Assembly: GCA_023205875.1 (NCBI GenBank)
Contig: CP060761.1
Location: 124,001 to 188,000, forward strand
Length of the DNA: 64,000 nucleotides
DNA from: Chloropicon primus
Taxonomy: Eukaryota
Reading direction: 5' to 3'
The notes below the pieces were generated by a model, which was not told the DNA's origin, did not search any database, and saw only the letters and a list, made by a program, of their open reading frames with translations. The translations under genes and the position numbers were made by a program. Of this stretch, positions 43,473 to 54,874 are shown piece after piece; the stretch's first letter is position 1, and every line of letters starts with the position of its first letter.

Positions 43473-43518
<46 letters not shown>

Positions 43519-43633
43519 TGCGTGCGTGTGTGGTGAAGGAGGAAGAGGTGTGTTCGTTCGATTCGGATCATTGTGGTCGCGATCACTTACAGTAGAGGAA
43601 CGTCCCACACGTGGGACAGAACAGTTGCTCCAT
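42929..43633 (-). CDS. RPC11: RNA polymerase III subunit C11 (TFIIS-like), 3 exons
   Basis: Exons 43633-43591, 43340-43261 and 43138-42929 give MEQLFCPTCG...FYCKLCPY...CPKCSHGVAYFTQVQTRSADEASTIIYECCECSHKWRED. Confidence 0.9.
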
Positions 43634-43985
43634 CTCGGTTCTCCCCTGCGCCGCCCCCTGGTGCACAACAAACTGGAGACCCTCAAGGAGGAGGAGGAGG
43701 AGGAGCGTGGATTGGCGAGGGGCTGGGGGACGAGAGGGGACGAGGGGGGAGGAGGGGACAGAGTCAAGCGAAAGATCGTCTCACGGGCTTTCCATCGATA
43801 GGTTTGTTCGACGCATCGGGCCGAGGAAGCCTCGCAGGTTGGTTGTTTGTTGCTGCGGCGAGGGATCCAAGTGAGTTGGTTGCTGTTGGGTCACCGACTT
43901 GCTCGTCCTCCTCGGAAGGGATCACTCGGGTGGGTGGGTTGGAATCGGGAGGCAGATCACCTTGCGTGCGCGAGAGACCTCGATC

Positions 43986-44330
43986 ATGGACAGGATTGAT
44001 GCCCACGTCGAGGCCATGCTGAAGAACTTGAGCGCCCTCGTCCGCGGCTCTCAGTTCGGCGACTCCCCCACGCCCACGGGGGGGACGGACGATCCGCTCC
44101 TGGAGGTTGTGGCGTCTCAGCTCGTGAGCAACTGCTACGATCTTCACGGCGTCGTCTCCCAACTCGAGAGGGCCAAGGAGGTGGAGGACTTCTCCAAGTA
44201 CAGGGAGTCCTGCGAGGAGAGGAAGAGGGTGGCGGGGGAGGTCAGGTCCCGGGCGGACGGGGAGCTGCACGCCCTGAGGAGAGACCTGAAGACTCTCCTG
44301 GCGGACCTCGAGGAGGCGTACAAGAAGTGA
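43986..44330 (+). CDS. MED22: Mediator subunit 22-like
   Basis: MDRIDAHVEAMLKNLSALVR...LEVVASQLVSNCYDLHGVVSQL...DLEEAY follows the helical pattern of Med22/Surf5. Confidence 0.6.
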   Translation: MDRIDAHVEAMLKNLSALVRGSQFGDSPTPTGGTDDPLLEVVASQLVSNCYDLHGVVSQLERAKEVEDFSKYRESCEERKRVAGEVRSRADGELHALRRDLKTLLADLEEAYKK

Positions 44331-44524
44331 GGGGCCAGCAGCAGCCCGTGGGCGCGGGTTTGTTTGCGTGTGTGTGTATAAGAACAAAGAGCATGTACCA
44401 AAAAAATATCATAAAAAAGAATTCTCTCGAGGAGGGAGGCAGGTGGTGCACCACCGCCGAAAGCATCGCCTCCGGGGTGGTCGTGGGTCCGTCCCTCTCC
44501 CTCTCCCTCTCCCTCTCTCTCCGC

Positions 44525-44746
44525 TCACTTTCTGGTGAGCCCGGAGGAGGCGAAGGACATGCCCCTGGCCTTCTCGATGGGGGAGGCCGCGGCGGTCGGC
44601 TTGGACCCGGTCTTGGCCTGCTCCTCGGCGTCCATCATCTGCATGGTCATCATGGCGACCCCGGAGCCGACGCCGACCCCGGCCCCAGCGAGGGCGCAGA
44701 GACCCAACAAGGAGAGGGAGGTGTACATAGCCAAGTTCGCGGACAT
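44525..44746 (-). CDS. Small hypothetical protein with N-terminal hydrophobic segment (73 aa)
   Basis: MSANLAMYTSLSLLGLCALAGAGVGVGSGVAM; host-like codons. Confidence 0.5.
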   Translation of the reverse strand: MSANLAMYTSLSLLGLCALAGAGVGVGSGVAMMTMQMMDAEEQAKTGSKPTAAASPIEKARGMSFASSGLTRK

Positions 44747-44924
44747 CTTTTCCTTTTGTGTTGTTGGAACAAACCAGCAGCAGCAGAAGCAGCAGAAGCA
44801 CAAGGTAGTGGGTCTGGCGGTGGTGCAGCACGATGATGATGCCGATGAAAGCGAAAGAGCTGGTCAGCGAATGGGAACGGTCGGTCAAGCAAGGAGGTGG
44901 ATCAACACATCACCATCACCATCA

Positions 44925-44957
<33 letters not shown>

Positions 44958-45529
44958 TCTCCTCGTGTCGCGTGGTTTGTGTTGGTTCATCAGGTAGCAG
45001 TGCTCCCCGTCGCATGGTTGTGTGTGTTGCGTCGAGGTGAGGTGAGGTGACTTACCTCGTACCGGCGTCGGTCGCGGAGATGAAGGTGCGTAATGAGAGG
45101 GCCGTCAATCGGTGATCTGGTCCTCGTCAGATGAGTGGCTGAGAATGATTCGTGATCTTGGGAGCGGAGATTAGACAACTGGCGGGAGCTGGGCCGTCCC
45201 GTGACGAGTGGATAGGGTGAGGGCGACGACGAGAGAGAGAGAGAGATAGAGAGAGAGAGCCCTTGGGGTTGTCTTCGTTCCATCAATTGGTCTTGGTCTT
45301 GGACTCCACGACCTCGGCGAACCCAACACAACCCAACACAACCGCGACGAGAGAGAGTGGAGAGACGGTTGGTTTGGATTAGGATTGATTGCGCGAGAGA
45401 GGTCTTGGTTTATTTTGTTTTCGGAGAAAGGGACGAGGGGACGCTGGGTTTTGCTCGATTGCTGGAATCGATTGACCACCAGCACCACCAGCACCACCAG
45501 CAGCACGAGTGCCAGCAGCGCGAGGAGGG

Positions 45530-46327
45530 ATGGAAGGCCTGGCGCAGAGGACGGCCGCGGAGGAGGCGAGGTTCTTCCGTGCGGAGGATGACCTCGCCCT
45601 GAGGAGGAGGATGGAGAGGCTCGTGGAGAGGGCTTCGTGTTCCACGAGGGCGTCCCCCTCCTCGACGAGGCGGCAGCTCAACGAGTTCGAGCTCGAGGTC
45701 CTCGCGGCGCGGAAGGCCAACCTGAGTCTTCCCTCGTCCTCGTCGACGGTGAGGACGGCGAACCCGCACAAGGTGAGCATCGACGTGGCCGCCCATGCGA
45801 GGAGGGTCCCCCTGCACAACACGTTCGTGGACTACCTCAAGGTCCCCCAGGTCAGCATGGGCCGGTCGAAGTGGGAGGTCCACCAGGACGCCAGCGTGTT
45901 CTCCGTCAAGGACGGCACAAAGCTGGCGACGACGCTGCCGGAGGAGACCCTGGCGGAGGCCACGAGGCCCCTGACGAAGATCGAGAAGGCGGTGCTGGCG
46001 AGGCAGAACGTGGTGGAGGCCCACGCCGTGGACACGGCCACGTACAACGGCATACGCGTCTACCCCAAGCTCAACGCGGGCAGGGCCTTCCTGTGGGGCT
46101 CCGTCCTCGCCGTCTGGGGCACCGCCTTCTTGGTTTTCTCCTCCAGGAAGGCCTTTGGCATCGACACCGTCGAGGACTTGGACACCTTTGTCAGCAAAAA
46201 CATGGAAAAGCCCGTGGAGAGGGTAAAGGGAACCCTCGAGAGGAGGTTCAAGCCCGAGGACGCCGCGGAGTACCAAAAGTACCAGAACAGCAAATTCATC
46301 GACAACTTGAAGACCAAGTTCGTCTGA
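45530..46327 (+). CDS. Membrane protein, TMEM242/DUF1358-like C-terminus
   Basis: RAFLWGSVLAVWGTAFLVFSSRKAFGIDTVEDL resembles the DUF1358 TM region; G/C-ending codons. Confidence 0.6.
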   Translation: MEGLAQRTAAEEARFFRAEDDLALRRRMERLVERASCSTRASPSSTRRQLNEFELEVLAARKANLSLPSSSSTVRTANPHKVSIDVAAHARRVPLHNTFVDYLKVPQVSMGRSKWEVHQDASVFSVKDGTKLATTLPEETLAEATRPLTKIEKAVLARQNVVEAHAVDTATYNGIRVYPKLNAGRAFLWGSVLAVWGTAFLVFSSRKAFGIDTVEDLDTFVSKNMEKPVERVKGTLERRFKPEDAAEYQKYQNSKFIDNLKTKFV

Positions 46328-46652
46328 TCGTCCCCGTCCTCGTCCTCGTGTGATTGTAGTATTTTTTTTCATGCTTAGCGGGGGGGGGGAGGCGACGACG
46401 ACCTCCTCGAGCAAAGCGGCGCCCCCACCCCCCTCTCCAGCGTTATCCTTCACCATTCTTATGTCACAATGCGTCCGTGCTCCGTGCTCTAGCCACGCCG
46501 GGAGGAAGGGAAGGATGCCCCACATCCTGATCCAGATCCTGATCCTTTGATCCACCTAAGGACAAGGATGCTTCCCCGCTCCGCTGCATGCTTCCTGCTT
46601 CCTGCTTCCTGCTTGATGATGCCTCGGCGTCAGTCAGTGGAGCAGGAAGAGG

Positions 46653-48167
46653 ATGGGGAACAGCAGCTTGAGGAGGAAAGGTGGAGGCGAGGGGGCGTCG
46701 TGGGAGGACCTGAGGAGTCTTGAGCAGGAGCCCCTGACGCGGTCTAGCCCGTCATCGACGTCGTCCTCGCGAACGTCGCCAACAGGGAAGCGCAGAGTCC
46801 TCACGGCTTTCGCTTTCGCAGCCTTGGCCGGTTCCCTGTTTGGGTACGACATCGGGAGCACTGCGGTTGCCCTGACGCAGGAGCAGGCCCTCGGGGACTT
46901 CGACATCGAGGAGAACTCGTGGAAGCAGGGGATGCTGGTGTCGTGCTCGCTCTACGGCGCCCTTGTCGCGAGTCTCTCGCTCTTCGCACTCGGCGAGGTC
47001 CTCGGCAGAAGGCAGGAGGTCCTCCTCGCCAACGGGGCCTACCTCCTGGGAAGCGTGGGTTCCGTCGTGCCGCCCTCGCACACAACCTTCGGCCTCATCC
47101 TTCTGATGGCGTCGCGGTTCGTGTACGGCACCGGCATCGGCCTCGCGATGCACTCGGCACCGGCGTACGTGGCCGAGATTGCGCCTCAAGCCATGAGGGG
47201 CTTGCTCATTGCGATGAAGGAGGCCATGATCGTGTTGGGGATCCTGCTGGGGTACTGCGCCGGATCCGTGTTCAGCTCCCCGGGGGGCTGGAGGTCCATC
47301 TGGGGCTTGGCTTCCCCCCTCGCGCTGGTGAGCCTGGTGGGGATGGCCTTCCAGCACGAGTCGCCCAGGTGGCTCGCGAGCAGGAGCGTGAGGCAGGCGG
47401 AGGAGTCCCTGAGGTACTTCAGGGCCCAAGACGCGGTGGGGGAAGAGATCGACGGGATTGTTGCCGCCCTCGAGGTCCCGGACCCCTCCAGCAGCATCTG
47501 GAGCAAGATCTCCGAGATTTGGTCGGTCAGGAAGGCCTTCTTCATCGGGGGCGGGTTGCTCCTGCTCCAGCAAGTCAGCGGCCAGCCCGCGGTCCTTTAC
47601 TTTGCGCCGACCATCTTCACCAACGCCGGCCTCGGGACCGAGACCTCCAAGCTGGCCTCCGTGCTCGTCGGGGTCGTCAAGCTCTTCGCGACCGTGGTGG
47701 CGAGCCTCAAGGTGGACTCCTTCGGCCGCGTGCCCCTCTTGCTTTGCGGGATCTCCCTCATGTTCCTGGCACTTGTGGCGCTGGCGCTGACGACGGCGAT
47801 GTGGCAGACTCCCTCCGGGTCCCGGCTTGTCATCTTCGAGCTCATGGCCCTGGTCACGGCCTACCAGATCGGTTTCGGACCCATCAGCTGGCTCATTCTC
47901 ACCGAGGTGTCCCCGCTCAGGGTCAGGGGGAACATGGTCGGGCTCGGGGTCTCCGTCAACTTCCTTTTCAACATCGTGGCCACGCAGACCCTGCCGATCA
48001 TCAACAACGCCGTTGGGATGTCGGGGCTCTTCGGGATCTACGCCGTGGTGGCCCTCCTGAGCCTGGGCTTCGTGCGCTTCTTCGTGCCGGAGACCAAGGG
48101 GAGGTCCCTGGAGGAGATCGAGGTCCTGCTGGGGTTGAGCAGGGGCGGCGGCGGGACTGCCGCTTGA
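46653..48167 (+). CDS. MFS sugar porter (VGT / D-xylose-proton symporter-like)
   Basis: LFGYDIG, LGRR, YVAEIAP..MRG, ESPRWL, QQVSGQPAVLYFA, DSFGR, GFGPISW, VPETKGRSLEEIE. Confidence 0.93.
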   Translation: MGNSSLRRKGGGEGASWEDLRSLEQEPLTRSSPSSTSSSRTSPTGKRRVLTAFAFAALAGSLFGYDIGSTAVALTQEQALGDFDIEENSWKQGMLVSCSLYGALVASLSLFALGEVLGRRQEVLLANGAYLLGSVGSVVPPSHTTFGLILLMASRFVYGTGIGLAMHSAPAYVAEIAPQAMRGLLIAMKEAMIVLGILLGYCAGSVFSSPGGWRSIWGLASPLALVSLVGMAFQHESPRWLASRSVRQAEESLRYFRAQDAVGEEIDGIVAALEVPDPSSSIWSKISEIWSVRKAFFIGGGLLLLQQVSGQPAVLYFAPTIFTNAGLGTETSKLASVLVGVVKLFATVVASLKVDSFGRVPLLLCGISLMFLALVALALTTAMWQTPSGSRLVIFELMALVTAYQIGFGPISWLILTEVSPLRVRGNMVGLGVSVNFLFNIVATQTLPIINNAVGMSGLFGIYAVVALLSLGFVRFFVPETKGRSLEEIEVLLGLSRGGGGTAA

Positions 48168-48299
48168 GCGCGTGCTGGGGGCGACGCAAGGTTGTCGAAT
48201 GGAGTGGAGTGGAGTGGAGTGGAGTTTCATCATCATCAATGGGGATGATGGGTTTGTATTACTATGTTTGTCTGTATTGTACAAAAGAAAGGGCCACCA

Positions 48300-48527
48300 C
48301 TACTTGTCTTCCTCCCTGCTTGTCGTGCTGCTGAACCGGGCTTGGCCGAGGTTGAGCCTCATGCTCACGCTGTGGAGAGGCAGCTCGCGCGTGGACCGTG
48401 CCGCCGCGTCCGAGAACAACGAGTCCTGCAAAGGGTTCGTCCCGTACTTGATCGTGTACACGAACCCGAACAGAACCGACGCAGGGACCACCACCTGGGC
48501 GATCTTCCAGTGCTTCTCCCTGACCAT
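48300..48527 (-). CDS. Small single-TM hypothetical protein (75 aa)
   Basis: MVREKHWKIAQVVVPASVLFGFVYTIKYGTNP; host-like codons. Confidence 0.5.
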   Translation of the reverse strand: MVREKHWKIAQVVVPASVLFGFVYTIKYGTNPLQDSLFSDAAARSTRELPLHSVSMRLNLGQARFSSTTSREEDK

Positions 48528-48577
48528 CGGATGACGCGACACGGCACCCACGAAGAAGAAGTAGAAGAAAAAAGATG

Positions 48578-48580
48578 TCG

Positions 48581-48652
<72 letters not shown>
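48578..48652. repeat. Compound (GTT)n(GAT)n microsatellite
   Basis: Read directly. Confidence 0.9.
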
Positions 48653-48654
<2 letters not shown>

Positions 48655-49237
48655 TCTTATCGTCAGCTTCTTCTTCTTCCCCAAACAAACGAGAGAAAAG
48701 AAAAAGAAGAGAGAGATAATGATGATGACGACGACGATGATGTGGACTTACACGACGAACTTCGCTAGGGTGGACATGGGCCTCTCTCTGTGTGTTTGTG
48801 TGTGTGTGTGTGTCTCTTGGGTGCGGCAAAGGGCCAAAGGCGAAGCCGTCCTCCGTCTTGAAAGGAGCGGGTATCCAAGTCACCCTCGCGGTGAAGCTTC
48901 ACGACGCCTTCCCTCGCCTTCCCTCTCGTCCCAAACCGGAGCAAAGCAAACCGGAGCAAAGCAAACCGGAGCGGAGTTCCTCTTCCTTCCCTTCCCCTTT
49001 TGTATCTCTCTCTCTCTTCTTCGCTCCTCCCCGTGCGCGCTGACTCACGCGATTTTTTCGCTCTACGACGAGAGTCGTCACCCCAAAATGAATGTCTCAA
49101 ACCGAACTTCAGAACTCCAAACTCTCACAAACAGTTTAAGTGATTTCCAATACAGAAATATTGTTTTGACGTTTTTTCAGTGACGTTTCGTTTGGTTTCT
49201 GATTGTGTAATGTCTTTACAAGATATGTAAAAAGTTT

Positions 49238-49294
49238 CTCGCGATAAGAAAAGAGAGTAGTTTTTACCTTCTTAAGACCTTTTCTTATCGCGAG
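49238..49294. repeat. Perfect 16-bp inverted repeat with 25-bp spacer
   Basis: ctcgcgataagaaaag (49238-49253) and cttttcttatcgcgag (49279-49294). Confidence 0.85.
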
Positions 49295-49488
49295 GAGATC
49301 CGACGGGTGATCGATCTGTGCGACTGTGCGGGCTTGGTTGGGTTTCAGACGGGAAGACGACGAGGAGAACGCGCGCGGAGGACAAGGAGACCCTCACCAT
49401 TCGACAGAGCGTCTCATTACCTTTCCGTAGACCCCGGACTCGAAGGATTTGGCCACCGAAAAGGACGACAACGACGAAGAGAGTGAGG

Positions 49489-50130
49489 ATGATGAGGATG
49501 AAGATGAAGATGCTGCTGGGAGGGAGAGGAGGAGGAGGAGGAGGGGCGTTGGCGTTGGCGGTGAGCAAGAGCGGTGTCCTCGGCTTCAGCTCCCTCGCAT
49601 CACCATCCCTCGCGCATCCTCCATCTCCTCCTCTTCCTCGCGACACCAGCCCTGGTGATGGTGTCGTGTTGAAGGAGGAGGTGGTGTTCGACTTTGGTGC
49701 GAGGATCGCGTGCCACATGAAGCCGACCGAGGCGAGGATGAGGATGCGCGGGTCGAGGACGTCGTCACTGGGGGATCCCTTCGAGGGGATTCCGTTCCGG
49801 GGGTTGGCGGAGTACCTGGGCGGGGCGTACGTGGAGGCGACGGAGAGGGCGAGGGAGGAGGAGGGTCTGAGGAGGAGGAGGGCCTCGGAGGAGGTCCCGG
49901 TCGCAAACCTGGGGGTTCCGACCCTACTGCCCTTCACCGCCATGTTCGCCAGGACGGACGCGTTCAGGGACACTTTCGTGGTGGACGACGACAAGAGCAA
50001 GAGGAGGACGAGGCTGTCCTGGTACAGTCCCGCCGACGGGATGGTGCCACAGAACTGGTTGAAGGACGGGCTTTTGGCGGACTTGGAGTGGTACAGGCCC
50101 TTCAAGAGGGGAAACGGGTGGAGTCGCTGA
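49489..50130 (+). CDS. Hypothetical protein
   Basis: ORF with host-like codon usage in its 3' two-thirds; no recognised domain; start uncertain. Confidence 0.5.
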   Translation: MMRMKMKMLLGGRGGGGGGALALAVSKSGVLGFSSLASPSLAHPPSPPLPRDTSPGDGVVLKEEVVFDFGARIACHMKPTEARMRMRGSRTSSLGDPFEGIPFRGLAEYLGGAYVEATERAREEEGLRRRRASEEVPVANLGVPTLLPFTAMFARTDAFRDTFVVDDDKSKRRTRLSWYSPADGMVPQNWLKDGLLADLEWYRPFKRGNGWSR

Positions 50131-50300
50131 CGCGACGACAACGAGACACGCACACGCACACACAGTCATTCATTCTTTTTATAAAATCTTTCTTCTTGTG
50201 TAATAAAGCACAGTCGTTAGTAAAGTATGTTTCACCACCACAAGGGGCGGGGCTGATGCGATGCCGCCGTCGCGAGGACTTGTCACGCTCTCGCTCCTCC

Positions 50301-53300
50301 TCACTTCTTCTGCAGCATTTTCAGCAAAGCATTGCCGGCGTTCGCCAGCTTTTCCTCCGGCTTCTTGGCCGGCGCCGGTGGGTCGCTCACGCTCATCCCC
50401 TCCATCTTTTGCTGGACCTGCTGCGTCGCCTTCTTCTTCTGCTGCTGCTTCTGCTGCTTCTGAGCCTGGGGCTTTGGCTTGCCGCTGCCCTTGGCCTGCT
50501 GCTGCTGCCTTTTCTTGACCTGGGTCAAGTCGACCGGCCTCGTCTTGTTGACCAAGCAGAAGGGAGGCACGATGTTCCCCGTGCCCTTCTTGCACCTTCC
50601 GTAAAGGTCTTTGCCCCCCAAGTAAGACGAGTCGAAGATGGCCTCCACTAGGCCGTTCGGGTAGACGGAGACGACCACGCCGAGAGACCCGAAGGGCGGG
50701 GCGTTGGGGTGGCCTCCCACGCTCACGACTCGATCCCCGATGGCGAACTGGCCCACCTTGAGCAGGTAGGGCCTGGGCAGGGAAGGGTCGGGGGGCGTGA
50801 GCACGTTCATGGGGGAAATGTTCTCCAGGTGGACGGGCTTGGCGCTCATGGGGGACTTGGATCCCGTGGGTATGATCGCCTGCTGCAGGGCCCTGATGGC
50901 CTCCTCCGGCGCGACCTTGGCCTCCTGCTTCACCATGGGCCTCCTCGCCAGGGGCAGCTGCTTCAGCCACCTGCTCACGGAGTACAGCATCTTGTCCGCC
51001 TCCTCCGGGGGCAGTGAGGGGAAAAAGTCGTTGCCGTAGTAGTCCTTCTTGCCCTCCTTGGCGACCGCGTCGAAGACCCAAGGGAACTTCAGCTTGTACT
51101 GCTGAAGGACCTGGAGGGCCACGGCGGTGTACTCGTAGAAGGTGTTCTCCCCCCTGACGACGACCTTGCAGTAGTCAGGGACAATCGCGCCCTGGGACCT
51201 GGACTTGAGGCACAAGCCCAAGCCAACGTTCTTGCCCTTCGAGTCCTTGGCGTTCACCATGCTGGTCATCATCCCCAAGACCCTGAAGCTGATGCCGACC
51301 TTCTTCGTGACCAAGGTGTCCGGGAAGTACCGGGCCTGAGAGTGGTTCACGATCCTCTTGCAGGTGCTCATGTTCTGCTTCTCGGCGTCCGAGTTCGGGA
51401 CGATCTGAATGCTCAGCTTGGGATCCTGCTGCTTCTTCCTCCCCCCCTTCAAAATAGTGCCCACGCAACCGTAGTAAGGCTCGCTGAGGTACAGGACCTT
51501 CGACCCGGACTTGAGGCTCTGCATCACCTTCTTCTGGGCGGCCGTCTGGATTGTGCTCTTACCGCCCTTCTCGAAAGGATCCGACCGCAGGATCACCTGG
51601 ATGGGGTGCATGCTCTCCTTGTCGCTGAAATGCTTCTCGATGCTGCCGTCGGGCATCCTCGTCATGTCAACGCAGTCTCTGGCGTGCACGAAGAAGCTGG
51701 CTTCGCCCACGTCGATCGCCTGCTTCGTGAGATAACTGTCGATGCACTTGTCAGCCTGGTACTCCCACTCCTCCTTCCCGCCTGAGCTGTGAGCCCGGAA
51801 CCCGTGGGTGTCGAAGTAACCGGTGTTGTCAGATATCCCGGTGACCGTCGACTCCTTGAGGTAGGGCCAGTTGACAAAGCACCTCTCTCCCAGCAGCGCT
51901 TTTCCGATCTGCTCGAGCTTGATGGAAAGATTGCTCAGCCCGGGGGCTTTGAGCTCCAAAACCAAAGACTTCTTCTTGCTGGCGGTGCCGAAAACGTCCA
52001 CCCCGACGGCGTCAAGGCGGCTAGTGACCTTGAGGGTCTGCAGAGTTGGGAAGCCTTTGGGGTTCCCAAGGCCCGTCGTCGTCCCCTTCGTCATTTGGGA
52101 AGTGAAGCCCTTCTCGTTCGCCGGGAAGGGAGGAGGGGGCGCAACCATCATGACCCGGCTCTTGCTCGTGACCACGTTAGTGAACTGCTGAGGAAGAGTT
52201 GACTGGCAGAACAAATCCTCTTTCGACTTTTCGTCGTAATAGAATGTCACCACGGGGCCAAGGGTGTTTCTTTCCAGCTCCTCCTTCTTCAGCCTTGCGG
52301 GGTTGACGTGGGTCCTCTCCGCCTCCAGCAAGACCTTCTCGTCGATGAATGGAATGAGAACGATTCCCTCCCAATCTGCCCTCTTTCCCTCCATGTCAAG
52401 GTCGAAGTCCGTGGGAAAGTAGTTTACGGGGTTCCTCAGCGGGGAGCTGTCGTTCAAGATGAGCTCCTGATATACTTCTGGAAACAGCTTTGCGCTCGAT
52501 GCCGGCATGACCGCCAAAAGCTGCTGGAAGGGGTTGAAGGGCTTGCCGTAGTTGTATTTCGGCTTCTTCAGGTCCACCAGCGCATTGATCTCCGAGGCCA
52601 TCGGGGCATAGTGGTACGGGTAGTACCAGTCCCACGAGACCACACCCCTGTAGTAGTACTGCAGCACCCACGTGACACCCCTGATATACTCTTTCGTGAC
52701 CGTGCGAATGTCATGATCCCCCTCGCACTCCAGCTTCACAGTGTAATACCGCTTCTTCCACATGTTCAAACCCTCGTCGCCCTCCTGGAAGAGGATCAGA
52801 GACCTCGCCTCGGTGGACATCATCGTAGGCTCGCTGCTGTTTCCTTCGCCGTCTTCCCCGGCGGCCCCATCAGCCTTGGACCCCCCTCCGGCTTTGCTCG
52901 CCTTGTCCATCGGTTTTCCCCTGAACCTGGCCTCCCTCTTCTGCTGCTTCCTTTTCCTGCTGTCCTGCATGTCCGCGTCGACCGCCCTCATCTGAAGAAC
53001 TTCCTTCTCCATCGCGGCGATCTTCTTCATGAAGACCTCGAGGTTCTTGTACACCAGCTCGCCGTCCTGGTGGAGGTAACCCTGCATGGACGGCAAAATC
53101 TCCTTGTATATGTCCAGCATGTTGTCCAAGGCGCCCTCCGCAATGTCGAGAGTCGGGAGGGGCGGCAGGAAATCGTTTCCGACGAGCATGCAGATAAAAA
53201 TAATATCGTCTATCGCTTTCTCCAAGTCGTACCAGCCCTCATCCAGCTTGAGTTCCCTGAACTCAGCCCGCAAACTCTCTCTCAGAAGACCGACGTTCAG

Positions 53301-54370
53301 GAGAGTGAAGCCCTCGGCGCACGGGTTCTCAAGGACCTCCCTGGAGGGCCTCCCCCTCCCCCTCGAGCCATAGCTCACCTTCTCTCTCAGCAGAAAGAAG
53401 TGGGGCTCGTGCGTCACCAAAGCAAGCATGATGAGGTCGGCGTCCAGACCGTACAAGCAGTGCTTCTGGTTCGGCTGGTAGTTTGGGTCCTTCTTCGCCC
53501 ATCGGAGGTACTCCATCACCTTGTGCTCGCCCTCTCCAGGCACGAGGGGGCCCGACAAGATGACTTGGGGCTTCTGCCAAAGCGGGTCCTCTGAGATCTT
53601 CTTCCTGACGTAGAAACGGAGGTGGTGATCGAGCCTCTGCAAGAACTCCGTGCCCGGCGTGATGCAGTTGGAGTCAAAAGCATCTTCAGGCACTTCCTCC
53701 CCCCTCTCCCTGGCCTCCGCTTCCAGCTCCAGCCTTGCCCTTCCACTCTTGAATCGACGGGCCCTCTGCTGGTTCACCTTGGCCCTCGGGGCGACACCAT
53801 CCACTCCCAGAAAGATCAGCTTCTGGGGTCTGATAATACTCACAAGCCTGTCGATATAAGTGAAGATCTTCACCACCATCTCCGCCTCGCTCAAGTGTTT
53901 CGTAGCGTCTTCATCGTTGCCGTGCGTGCAGTTATGGATGATGCCATTCATATCCAAGAAGAAGTTGTCCACCGGAGGCACTTGGGTCTCGGACACATTA
54001 TGGTTCACCAGAGGGTAGCGCTCGCTGAGCCAACGATAGAACTTTGGGACACCTGAAAAGAACCAACCGAGCGAACAAGCGAAAGGACCAACCAAACCGA
54101 ACCGAACCAAACCGAAGAAAAGATATCGTCAGACCGTGCTCCTTCCCGTCCCCTCTCACGAGAGCTGCTAGGCTCCAAGGTACGAGGTCATCGATCGATC
54201 GATCGGTGGATCGTGGACAGAAACTGTTTCGAAAGCGAGAGAGAGAGAGAGAGAGAGGGAGGGAGAGAGGACGAGGGAGCGTCGCGAGGTTTTCGTGACG
54301 CCGAGGGGTGTGTGTGTGGCCTCCGTCGTCCTCCCTCCCGCCGTGCCCTGCCCCTCCGGGACTTACCCAT
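50301..54370 (-). CDS. XRN1: 5'-3' exoribonuclease XRN1, 2 exons
   Basis: A 4-nt first coding exon ATGG (54370-54367) with GTAAGT donor and an acceptor before 54052 give MGVPKFYRWLSERYP. Also LDMNGIIH, DGVAPRAK, FDSNCITPGT, PGEGEHK, YGLDADL, GNDFLP and the XRN1-type C-terminal domains (FAIGDRVV...SLGVVV). Confidence 0.93.
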
Positions 54371-54461
54371 GGTTTCTCTTTGATCCTACGGCGCCACGAG
54401 GGGCCTGAATTTTGGATCCACGAGGCTGAGGCCTTTGGGATCGTGGATTGGAGAGCAGGGG

Positions 54462-54811
54462 CAGGGAAGGTGGAGGAGACTGCCTGCTTCATCGATGTCA
54501 AAAGGTGGGTGGGTGACGAGGTTCATCACCAGGAGAACCTCTTTGGTTCAGCAAAGCCAACTGGAGTGATCTTTGAACCACAAAAGTGCGGCACGCAAAA
54601 GTAGTCTTGAGAAGGAAGAGCCTCAAGGCTTTGAGATGAGGAGGATGGAGGAGACAGGGAAGGTGGAGGAGACTTGCTGCCTGCTTCATCGATGTCAAAA
54701 GGTCGGTGGGTGACGAGGTTCATCACCAGGAGAACCTCTTTGGTCCAGCAAAGCCAACTGGAGTGATCTTTGAACCACAAAAGTGCGGCACGCAAAAGTA
54801 GTCTTGAGAAG
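54462..54811. repeat. Direct duplication of about 153 bp (54462-54614 and 54655-54811)
   Basis: Near-identical copies cagggaaggtggaggagact...gcaaaagtagtcttgagaag. Confidence 0.95.
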
Positions 54812-54874
54812 ATTGACCGCCCTGCCTTGTCGAAGGGTGGGTTGGGTTGAAATAGTGTACACATCTTGGTTTTG

